Assembly: GCF_006345805.1 (NCBI RefSeq)
Contig: NC_043005.1
Span: forward strand, 5,704,001 to 5,768,000
DNA: 64,000 bases
From: Octopus sinensis
Lineage: Eukaryota
Direction: 5' to 3'
Shown here: piece after piece, positions 34,585-45,878 of the stretch
Position numbering within the stretch: the stretch's first letter is position 1
Layout: each line of letters opens with the position of its first letter
Translations under genes and position numbers: made by a program
Notes under the pieces: generated by a model
What the model was told of the DNA's origin: nothing
The model's database searches: none
The model's input: the letters and a program-made list of their open reading frames with translations, nothing else

Positions 34585-35830
34585 CATCATCATCATTGTT
34601 TAACGTCCGCTTTCTATGCTAGCTTGGGCTGGACGATTTTGATCGAGGGCTGGCAAACCAGAGGGCTGCACCAGGCTCCAATCTTGATCTGGCAGAGTTT
34701 CTACAGCTGGATGCCCTTCCTAACGCCAACCACTCCGAGAGTGTAGTGGGTGCTTTTTACGTGCCACAGCATGGGGGCCAATCAAGCGGTACTGGTAATG
34801 GCCTCGCTCGAATCTTTTTACACATGCCATTGGCACAAGTGCCAGTAAGGCGACGTTTGTATGATCACGTTCAAACGGTACCCGTTTATGTGCCACCAGC
34901 TTGGAAGCCATTTGGCTGATCTGGCAACGATCATGCTCAGATGGTGCTCTCAGTACCCTACTAGCACAGGCACAAGTACCAGTAAGGCGACGCTGGTAAC
35001 AGTCACACTCGAATGGTGCCCTTTTATGTGCCACTGGCACGGAAGCCGGTTAGCCACTCTGTCAAATGATCACACTCATATGGTGCTTTCCACCCTGCTA
35101 GCACGGATACCAGTCATTGAATTTGATTTTGATTTCACTTGCCTCAACAGGTCTTCACAAGCAGAGTTTAGTGTCCAAAGAAAGAAAAGGTACGCATAAG
35201 TGGGCTGGTTACGCTCCTGGCATAGGCCACAGGTTATGGTCTCATTTGGCTTGCCAGGTCTTCTCAAGCACAGCATATTTCCAAAGGTCTCGGTCACTAG
35301 TCATTTCCTTGGTGAGGCCTAATGTTTGAAGGTCGTGCTTCACCACTTCATCCCAGGTCCTCCTGTGTCTACCTCTTCCACAGGTTCCCTCAACCACTAG
35401 GGTGTGGCACTTGTTCACACAGCTATCCTCATCCATTCTCGCCACATGACCATACCAGTGCAGTCGTCTCTCTTGCACACCACATCTAATGCTTCTTAGG
35501 TGCAACTTTTCTCTCAAGGTACTTACGCTCTGTCGAGTATGCACACTGACATTACACATCCATTGGAGCATACTGCCTTCATTCCTTGCGAGCTTACGCA
35601 TGTCCTCAGCAGTCACAGCCCATGTTTCACTGCCATGTAGCATGGCTGTTCATACACAAGCGTCATATGGTCTACCTTTTACTCTGAGCAAGTAAAAGGT
35701 TGAGTAAAATGTGAACACATTTCTCTCCTACATCACGATTCTCTCTCATAAACCATCTTGCAACATGAAATACCTCAAGTCTTTGGTCTTCACGGTGCAG
35801 AACATTGGCAATTTTTTTCGTATCTGCTTC
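34585..35830 (-). mobile_element. RTE LINE fragment with internal deletion
   Basis: (CAT)n at 34585; ORF 35242..35643 MLHGSETWAVT...KTWQAK*; jump near 35690 to linker sequence. Confidence 0.9.
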
Positions 35831-35831
35831 C

Positions 35832-37935
35832 CAGCTCAAAGCTGTGGCTATGCCGTTTTGCTACTCTGTTATCATTGAGAGCCTTCTCTAATATGTGGCA
35901 TTTGGTGAATAAGGGAGTTTGATGTTGCTACCCTCATTTGCACCTCTTGCCGTGAGGTAGGTTCATCTGGGACTCTCAACAGGAAGAAGTCCAGTTTTGA
36001 TTTGAAAACACCTACATCCATTTTGTGTAGGTCTCTCAGGCTCTTTGGGAGAATATTAAAAAGCTGTGGGCCCCTGAAACCCAGACTGTTGCAGTGACTG
36101 GTCCTGAAGCACAATGGCACTGTACAGTGTTGACTCATTCTGGCATTTTTGTAGCTTCCAATGCCAAAATTTGGCACAATTCCTTCCAGATGTATATTAC
36201 TGCATACCTCTCCTACCTTCGCTCCAGGAGTAGAGTCTTAGCTGTTTCAGTCTTTCCCAGTAGCTGAACTGTTGCAATGAGACAATCTTCTTCATGAAGC
36301 TTTGCTGGATTCCTTCAAGTTCCACTGTTAATTTTACACTGTTGGGTGACTATAGCTGGGAAGGATAACCCAGGTAGCTGAGGATGAATGTCCTCCAGAG
36401 GACCATCCTGGTCTCCTTCTCTCTGGTTCTGAACATTCTCAGGATCCATCCAGCAAGTCGTCTACACTTTGTTGCCATCCTGGTAATGCGCACTTGGAAA
36501 GATGTATCATCACTCATGTTGATACCCAAGTCCCTCACTGATTTAGGCTTTGGGATTGTGATCCTCTATGGACCAGTGTATCCTGTAAGTTTTATATTCA
36601 GTTTTGGATGCTGGCAGCACAGGGCTTGGAATTTTTGAGCAATAAACTGCATATTATTATCCTCAGCCCATCTGCAAATTGAGTCCAACTCCTGCTGCAG
36701 GTGTGCAACATCACTGGGGTTCTGTACTTTCTGCAAGTCTTTAATATCATCTGCCTAGCTAGCAAGGGTGGCTATCTGGGCAGCTGAGTGCATAGCTGAG
36801 AGGACCACTATGGAAAACAGTGGTCCCAAGACAGTGCCCTGTGGAACACTGCTCACTATTTGTGTTTTCATTGAGGTGGCTCCATTGGCCACTACTGCCT
36901 GACTTCTATCTTCCAGAAAGTCATGTAACTACTCTCCAAGTTTTCCAGCTATGTCAAGATCACACAGTTTGTGGCATATCATACCATGATCCACTTTATT
37001 AAAAGCTTTTGCAAAGTCCCGGTTTATTACGTCCACATTTGAGATGTTAAGTAACTGCCTCAACATCCTGTCATTGGGTTGTTAGACCTGGTCGAAAGCC
37101 ATGTTGGGTATCATTCAGCAAATTCTTTTCTTTAAGGAATGTGATTAGCTTCCCTCTGACAATCCGTTCCATGACTTTGCTGATATGTGAAGTCAGTGAG
37201 ATAGGCCTATAGTTTTTGGCATCTGCTCTGCTTCCTCTTTATGGATTGAGCATATTATTCCCTCCTTCAGCTTGCTTGGCAGCCTGCCATTTGCAAAAAG
37301 CTCTGGAAGAGAATCTGTAGTAGTTTCACTAGGGCACACTTACATGGTTTGAGGAGGATTGCTGGGAAACCATCAGGACCAGCAGTTGAGTTTGCGTCCA
37401 CCTCATCTGTGGCTAGTAATATATCTTCTTCACTAATGTCAACATATTCCATCGTAACTGCCTCGCTGTTTATATGTGAGGCGGCAAAGAAATCCACTGG
37501 TTTGTTCATTTGTCTGTGTTCCAACAGGGTGGTAAAGACACTTTTGAACTGGTCATTCAGTACCCCACTGATCCTAGTTGGACTATCTGTGAGGGAGCCA
37601 GCCTTCTCGAAGAGGGGTCCTATTTTGTAGTATACTGAGGCTGTTTCTTTGGCATTATGAAAGAAGGCTTTTGGGTTGACTTAATGTTTTTTTATAACCC
37701 AGGCTTCTTTGTCTGCTCTCTCCCTCACATAGGATTGTTGCAAGATTTTTTCAATCTCTGTCAGCATTGTTTTTAGGCGGGACCTTTCACTACTTTTGGA
37801 GTGCTGGTTGAAGCGATTTGCAACCTTTGTCTGTCGTCTCATGAGGATCTTCCTCACCCTTGGAATCTTGTTCCTTTTTGTGATGGCCTTGTGCTCTGGG
37901 ACATAACAGTCTGTTAAGTCCTCCTTCCAGGTTAG
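35832..37935 (-). mobile_element. Older copy of the CR1/L2-group family at 30789-32545
   Basis: LGFRGPQLFNILPK...VPDEPTSRQEVQMR, PDGFPAILLK and IKSNPKAFF; many frameshifts. Confidence 0.9.
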
Positions 37936-38633
37936 GAAAATCCCTTCCTAGGATGAATTGAATATAAATTCCAACCAAATCCATAACGAGAGTAGAATCA
38001 GCTGATCCCATTGCTATATGAAATCCTTCTATACTATTAATCTTGTCCAATACTTATTTTCAAACTCGATTATTGTTCTTTTAACAGCTAAAATTTCCTT
38101 TATTTCATCCATATTAATATTATATTTTTTTTCATAAATATGAGGGTTTTATTTAAGAGAATTAGGTTAATTGAAGAGTAATAGCTATCAATATCTATTT
38201 GCATGAACTTATTCTTGCTATTAAATTTAATTCTATTAAACCAATCAATTACCTCATAGGACCAGAATTGCAATCATATTTTTTCTTTAAGAACATGAAT
38301 ACACTTATCTAAAATTGCTTTACTAAGTTTACCCAAATCAGATTTGCCTAGGCAAATCAGTCTAACTTTTATGTATCATATTGGCACATATAAGGATGTA
38401 TAGAATGCGTTAGTTTTTGTATATACAATGACAGTTTCTATGGAATGCTTGCATTAAGAATAAACAAACACTTCTGAGTTTGTTGTAGGTTAGCCTATAC
38501 GTTAAATTTCCTTTAGAAATCCTTCCTGGGGATATATACAATTCACTGGTATCATACATGGAATTTTATTTCTGAAATTAAAGAATTGTGTAGGAAAACA
38601 GCTATATGTAGGATTTTCTATGTATAATTTGAA

Positions 38634-39672
38634 TCATCATCATCATCATCATCATCGTTTAATGTCCGCTTTCCATGCTGGCATGGGTTGGATGGCTTGA
38701 CTGAGGCCTGGCGAGCCAAAAGGCTGCACTAGGCTTCAATCCGATCTAGCAATGTTTCTACAACTGGGGGTCCTTCCTAATGCCAACCACTCCAAGAGTG
38801 TAGTGGGTGCTTTTTACATGCCACTGGCACAAGGGCCAGCCAAGCAGTACTGGCACTGGCCACACTCGAATGGTGCTTTTTACATGTTACCGGTATGGTA
38901 GCCATTCAGGCAGTACTGGCAATGACCATGCTCAAATGATGCTTTTTACATACTACTGGCATGGGTGCCAATCAGGTGGTACTGTCATCGGCCACAACAA
39001 CAACTTGCTTCAACAGGTCTTTGCAAGCACAGTTTATTGCCCAATGATTGAAGGGTGCTCTTAAATGGGCTGGTTATGCTGCACTGGCATAGGCCACGGT
39101 TACGGTCTCATTTGGCTTGCCGGGTCTTCTCAAGTACAGCATATCTCCAAAGGTCTCAATCACTTGTCATCGCTTCGGTGAGGCCCAACGTTTGAAGGTC
39201 GTGCTTCACCACCTCATCCCAGGTCTTTTTGGGCCTACCTCTTCCACAGGTTCCCTCTGCTGCTAGGATGTGACACTTTTTCATCCAGCTGTCCTCATCC
39301 ATATGCATCACATGACTATGCCAGCGCAGTCATCTCTCTTGCACACCACATCTGATGCTTCTTATGTCCAACTTTTCTCTCAGGGTGCTTACACTCTGTC
39401 GTGTATGCACACTGACATTACATATTCAGTGGAGCATACTAGCTTCATTCCTTACAAGTGACTGTGGTGCTGCTACACCAATTATTGGGTATGACTCTTT
39501 CACGTATTCGGCACACTCTCTTTCTCCCATTGATTCTCTTCATTTAGCAACCTTTCATAGTGGCATCTCCAAGTCTCTCTCCTTGCTGCCTCATTAAATG
39601 CAAATGAGTCATCATCCATGTGGATACTTTTCTCTCCTATGACATCATGATGCTCTGTCTTGCAACATGAAA
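38634..39672 (-). mobile_element. Internally deleted RTE LINE
   Basis: (CAT)n head, 3' UTR, RT C-terminus, then short linker pieces. Confidence 0.85.
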
Positions 39673-39862
39673 CCTGTCTTTAGATACACATCTGTATGTA
39701 AATTTTTTCATTTTCTTATTTTAAAGTGTATATATATATTGTATAGAGGGCATTATTACACATACATGCCTCACGCATTTATATATATATATATGCTTTA
39801 AAATAAGAAAATGAAAAAAATTTACATACAGATGTTTTTATCTAAAGACAGGTTTCATGTTG
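39663..39862. repeat. 200-bp foldback (MITE-like) with ~70-bp arms
   Basis: caacatgaaacctgtctttagata..acatctgtatgtaaattttttcattttcttattttaaag is mirrored at about 39795-39862. Confidence 0.9.
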
Positions 39863-42800
39863 TATATACACTATGAATGACATGCCTTCCTTATTCCATC
39901 TTCTCTAAAGCTAAAAATTTAATTTAATGTGATGAAACAGACCCTTATGTCTTGACTATGTCATAATGATGAGATCCAGCCAGATTAAATTAGCAGCTAC
40001 ATATGAATGTTAAGCATTCTTTGATTAAAGGAAAGAAAATTTTATCAAATAAATAAATGCTTAAGATAATATTCTGTATTCCTTTTCATTTCACTAATCA
40101 GGGAGGAAATATAAGATTTGGATTCCTGGCAAGATGAGTCTCCCGCTTACCATTAAGATGAACAATCAGTCAATCAAGAGATAACATTTGGATAATATTC
40201 ATCAATTTTAAGATAGTACAATATAATGGTAATCCTGTTCAGTTGTCTGGGGTAGTCTGCATGGCTGACAGTATTACTTACAGAATGAGTAGACTAGCAA
40301 ACCTGAAATTCTTGTACTGTGGCCAGCATAGGCCCAAGCTGACCAAAGCCTTGTGAATGGATTTGATAGACAGAAGACTGAAAGAAGCTTGTTGTGTGTG
40401 TGAGTGAATGAGACAGAATTTGTATTTCTCATCTGTATGTGTGATCATTCATTGATTGTAAACAATAGCCTAACTACCCTTGTAGTTTATTTGCAGTCCA
40501 CCATGGAAACATGCTTAAGCTTTGTAACAGGTTTTGACATGTTGTATGATCAATAGTGAAAAAAAAGAGAAAGCTCATTCATAGTGTCGTATTTGTTTCA
40601 ACATGTCCAGGCTATTTTTTGATAGACTAGGAGGTTATTACTTCCCTTGAAACAAATGAGGTTTGGTGATAGGAAGGGTCTCTGGCCTCAGAAATCTCTG
40701 CTTGAACATGCTCTCATTTGACCCATGCAAGCATGAAAAAGTTGACAGTAAAACAATGATAATGTTGATATTTTATGGTAGCATTGAAATTATATGAGAG
40801 TGAATAAATATATGTCAACTTGCCTACATGTTCTCAAATTACTGATATTCATGACGAATTCTTACAAAGCAGAAACTAGTGTTTGTAATATAATAGTGCT
40901 TTACAAGCTTGTTCTGTTTACACAGCTACAGCTGTATATGTAAATAGACACACACACACACACACACACCTGCAGAAATGTATGCAGGGGCACTCATTCA
41001 GATCTCCTTTTGGCTTGTACTCTTCGAAAAATATATAACTATTTCAGTTATTAAAACTTTTATTACTATATTTCTGTTGAAATACACTTTTATTTCAGTT
41101 AATTTTTAAAATAATGAATTTGGTAAAATAATTTGATCATTATCAAGCTGATGTTTGGAATATAAATTAAGCTAGAATGAGGGTTATATTTTAGTTCACT
41201 TTAAAGCAAGAAGTATGTATCATTGAATCTGGAGCAGTGTGTTGGTATCAAAATGGTTGTTATGTCCTACTGTCATTAGATGATGTAGTCTGTAATTTAC
41301 AATGATTAAATGAAAAAAATAACTGAATTGTTTTGGCTGAGATGTCTTTGAATACAGGCCTTCTTATCCTTTTGATATTATATATCTGTAGGAGTATTGA
41401 ATTTAGTTAAATACCTTTGTCATTACTAAGCTGGTGTTTGGAACATAAATTAGGAGGATAGTTTTTAGATTATGTGAACATATAAGTCAAGTAAAGAAAG
41501 ACAACAATGAAAGCTGAAAGTACATGCATAATACACAGAATTAGAGGCAAAAAGATGAAAAGTGAACAGTGAAAAAGCTATAAAAAGGAAAATACAAAGG
41601 TGGTTTTTCTGTGACATTCTTTCAGATGTTTTGTTTGTCTTTATTCCATTTCCCTACCACATGGTTTTAGGTTCAGTCACATTACATGCCACCTTGAGCA
41701 AGGCTCTTCTACTATAGTCCTGGGCCAACCAAATCCTTGAGAGTCGATTTGGAAGACAGCAACTGAAGGAAGCCTACCGCGCGTGCGTGTAATCAGATAG
41801 CTGTTCATAAATCAGGAAAAAAGTAACCACTCTAAAAGAGAAACAGAGCAGTTATATTTTTAAATTGATGAGCAGGATATGACTGGTTATGGTATATAAC
41901 TTGTTAGAATTTTACTGACAATTTCACAGAAACTATTGTACTTGGCAATAGTGGCAACTTCTCAGACGTGTCAACTGAAAGTGCAAAGCCTCTTTCATGC
42001 TGGAGGTAAATATATAGTCTTGGTTGGCTGTGTTGATAAAAAGAACTGTACTGATAAATTGTGTTTATAGGCAGGAAGGTAAAATTGCCTCCTATGGATC
42101 AATGTCAGTCATGGCTGAAGAGTGTCAGCTATATGTGTGTGCATGTCTTGTTCTCCTGTTCAAAAATGATGACCATTTTGCCGAAACAAATTTCCATTCA
42201 TGAGGGAAGCATTCAAATATATCACTTTTTGAGTTCAGATTGTGTGATTTTTTCTATATTTTTTTTTTAATGATTCTCTTCTCTGTCAAGCAAAATTTGC
42301 AATGTCTACTTCCATTCAGAAATAGTCTCAGCCATTCTAGCAGTTTTTTGTTGGTTTTGTATATATAATTGGTTGAGTTGTTAGAGCATAAGATAATAAT
42401 TGTAGTAATTCTTCCAGCTCTCTGTGCACTGAGTTCAAATACCATCAACTTCATCTTTCTAATTGGGGCTCAGTAAATAAAATACCTGATGTTGTTTTGT
42501 CACTTTCTTTCTTTCTATCCTTCTGGAAGAAATCAACAAGGATCTGAAGAGGAACAAGTTCTGCAAGATTTAAAATGTCCCTATGACTCCATCAAAGTGT
42601 TAAAAGCCCATGGCATGAAATGGCATACATGAATTTCCAAAAATGGCTTGTGGTGGGGGAGTCAGTTGTCTGTACCAGTATACATTGAGTGCATTTGTAA
42701 GTGTGCATTTGTGTGTTTTTATGCATGCATACATACACAGCTGCATCTGTGTAAAGAGAACTGTCCAATTTTATATTAATGCATTTTATAATCTAAATCC

Positions 42801-43237
42801 CTATATATAAATATAATTGTTCAAACTGACCTCATCTTACTCAGCTCAAGTTACATCAGTTGACTGTTGTGATCATTAATTGTATTTTGTTAAATTGGTG
42901 TTAAGTTGATAATGATGATTTTGTGTGAAAAAAATGCAATCTGTATGATAAGAGGTGATAATTATGATAATGATGATGGTTATGACTGATGGTATGTATT
43001 GGTTGTGTTAATGGTGAAACTTATGGTGATGATGATAGCGTTGGTTGTTGTGATAATGGTAGTCATGATGGCAATGATGGTTGTTTTAGTGATAAAGATA
43101 AAATAATTATGATATATTGATGAGGTTTATGTTAAGAATATCTTTAATTCTGATGGATTGCAATGATGATGGGATGTATCTCCTGTTATATTCTTGCTTC
43201 ATGATATTTAATCTATGTTTCTTCACTTCCTTTCCAG

Positions 43238-43361
43238 TTATTTCTCTCAGAAAGAGCTCCTTGATCGGATACCAAGCTGCTTCTTAGTTCTGGGAATTAT
43301 ATTCTCCGTTTTCACCTTTGTTGGTGGCATGTTAAACTGCACACCACCCTCAGAAGAGAAG
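43238..43361 (+). CDS. OFA-like MFS transporter, coding exon 5
   Basis: ttccAG|t...aag|GTATTT, 124 nt; YFSQKELLDRIPSCFLVLGIIFSVFTFVGGMLNCTPPSEEK. Confidence 0.95.
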
Positions 43362-43595
43362 GTATTTGTCTTATTTTGTTCTTTAACTTTTCATTTTTTA
43401 GTTTGACTTAACCATTTTTTCCAGAGGCATGGTTGTGTGATTAAGAAATTCACTACTTTCCAACCATGTGGTTTCAGGTTCAGTCCTACAGTACAGCACC
43501 TTGGGCAAGTGTCTTCTACTATTGCTCCAGGCCAACCAAAGCTTTAAGAGTGGATTTGGTTGACAGAAACTGAAAATTTGTTGTGTGTGTAATGC

Positions 43596-44050
43596 CATCA
43601 ACATCATTTAGCATCTGTTGTCTATGGGTTGGACAGTTTGACCAGAACTGGCAAGCTGGAAGGCTGCATCAAGCTTCAATCTGATTTGGCATGGTTTCTA
43701 CAGCTGAGTACCCTTCCTAATGCCAACCACTCCAAGAGTGTAATAGGTGCTTTTACATGCCACTGGCATGGGTGCCATTTGTGTGGCACCAGTATCTGCT
43801 ATGACTGTGATTTTACTTGGTTTGATGGGTATTCTTCTCAAGCACAGCATAATGCCAAAGGTCTCAGACATTTGTCATTGCCTCCATGAAGCCCAACACT
43901 TGAAAAGTGCTTTTCACATACCACTGGCATTGGCCACTTTGCCTCCATGAGGCCCAATGCCCAAAAGGTGTTTTTTACATGCCACCAGCATGGATGCCAG
44001 TTATGTGGCACCAGCATCAGCCACAACTACAATTTTACTTGGCTTGATGA
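43596..44050 (-). mobile_element. Old RTE 3' UTR fragment
   Basis: Decayed catcattta..gggttggacag...cccttcctaatgccaaccac terminus. Confidence 0.75.
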
Positions 44051-44574
44051 AACCACACATTTGTGTTTGTGTATTTATTTAGATTTGTGCTCTACAAAAG
44101 TTGCAGGCTACAAGTTGTTATCATCCCTTCTGTCATCAAATTGTTCCCATGCTTCATCATACCTTTGAAGACATGTGAAATAAGAAATGCATTACTTGAA
44201 AAACAAGTTAGTGTTAGCAAAGAAATTGGCATTCAGTAGTAAAACAATACTTCAATAATATATCCTTCTAACCATGGAAAAAACAGATGTAAAAAAAACT
44301 AATGAAATATTGAGTGAAAATAATTGTGCAGCTACCTAGACTTATTTAATTTTGCTTTGAGAATTCTGTTAATGTATTACTGAGTTTGAAGGATTTCTGG
44401 GCTATAAATAAAATGACATGTATTAAGTGGCAGAAAAAATTAATTATAAAACTCAATTTTTGAACAGCTACTTTCACAACAGATTTTGATGACTATTATA
44501 CCTGCATCTAAAAAGATGTCCTATCTTACTTGGCATAGGCTTAGTCTCTTCTTCAAGGGAACAGGGGTATTTAT

Positions 44575-45878
44575 TTTTCTGCTTAATACCATTATACTAG
44601 AACCAACTAGAGGTTATTTCCCATTGATTCTCTTGTTACCAGTTTCGGTTGAAATACGTTGCTTTTGTGTCATTTAATTTTTAGAATAACGAAGAATTTA
44701 GTAAAATAATTTTGTCATCATTAAATTGATGTTTGTAACATAAATTAACGTAAAATTCTGATGGAAGAAAAATATTTACTTTAGATTACTTTAAAATCTG
44801 AAGTTTGTGTTAAAGAACCAAAAGCAATCTCAGGTGGGTTAGTATCATTATCTAACATCTGTAAAAGGGTTAAATTGTTTGACAACAGTTTGGGATTTAC
44901 TGTGACTGAATAAAAAAAAAAATGACTGGATAGCTATGGCTGGGATGCTTTTTTAAACCCTTTTCTTACCATGTTTCTGTCAAAATACACTACTTTGCTT
45001 CAGTTAATTTTGAAAGTTTACTAAAATAACTTCGTTGTTATTAAGTTTGTGTTTAGAAAATAACATGAAATTTTGACTGAGGGTTTTTTATTTTGATCTT
45101 TAATTTTGAACTTTAAAACAAGAAATTTTTATCATAGTTCTAGTCTTAGACCTTTTGGTATTAAAAGTCATTGATATGTCTGTAAAAACAGATATAGTTA
45201 ACATGAACATATATAGTGTTCGTCTTTATTTTACATTCTCCTGAACATGGGAGACATTCATTGCTCAGAGGAAAATTTCTCAATAGACTTGTCTAAAAGC
45301 ACACATCAATTCAGGCTCTGAATGATGTCAGCGGACAGCCATTGCTTTAGTCATCATTGGTTGTGTGATTACCATGAATATTTTGCATTACTTCAAATGT
45401 TAAGGGGTTAACCCTTTTGTTACCAAATTTGCCTTGGATTCAATTAATTTTGAAAATAATGTGGAATTTAGTAAAATACTTTGTCAGCATTAAGATGATA
45501 TTTGGAACATAAGTTAACATGAAACTTTGGTAGAAAATTTTAATTTCTGACTGGCTTCTATGCCAGTGGCATGTAAAAAGTACCACTTGAGTATGGTCGA
45601 TGCCAGTGCCACCTGACAGGCCCCCGTGCTGGTGGCATGTAAAGGGCATCCACTATACTCTCTGAGTGGTTGGCATTAGGAAGGGTATCCTGCTGTAGAA
45701 TCTTTACCAGATCAGATTAGAGCCTGGTGCAGCCTCCTGGTTTGCCAGTCCTCAGTCAAACTGTCCAACCAATGCCAGCATGGAAAGTAGATGTTAAATG
45801 ATGATGAAAATCACTTTAAAACAAGGTTTGTATCATAGAATCAAAAGAAGTCTCAAATTGATTGGTATCAAAAGAGTA
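44575..45878. mobile_element. Cluster of AT-rich TTAA MITE copies; the last (45408-45878) is split by an RTE 3' fragment (45555-45806, +)
   Basis: Termini ttaacccttttgttacc... and ...atcaaaag(g/a)gt(t/a)aa; shared core gaaatacac...caattaattttgaaaataat..aatttagtaaaata; other copies at about 41030-41270 and 60191-60365. Confidence 0.75.

Noticed and set aside
39945-40030. atgatgagatccagcccagattaaatt as a decayed hammerhead
   Set aside because: It needs several corrections in both core halves, and no stem I/III was found.
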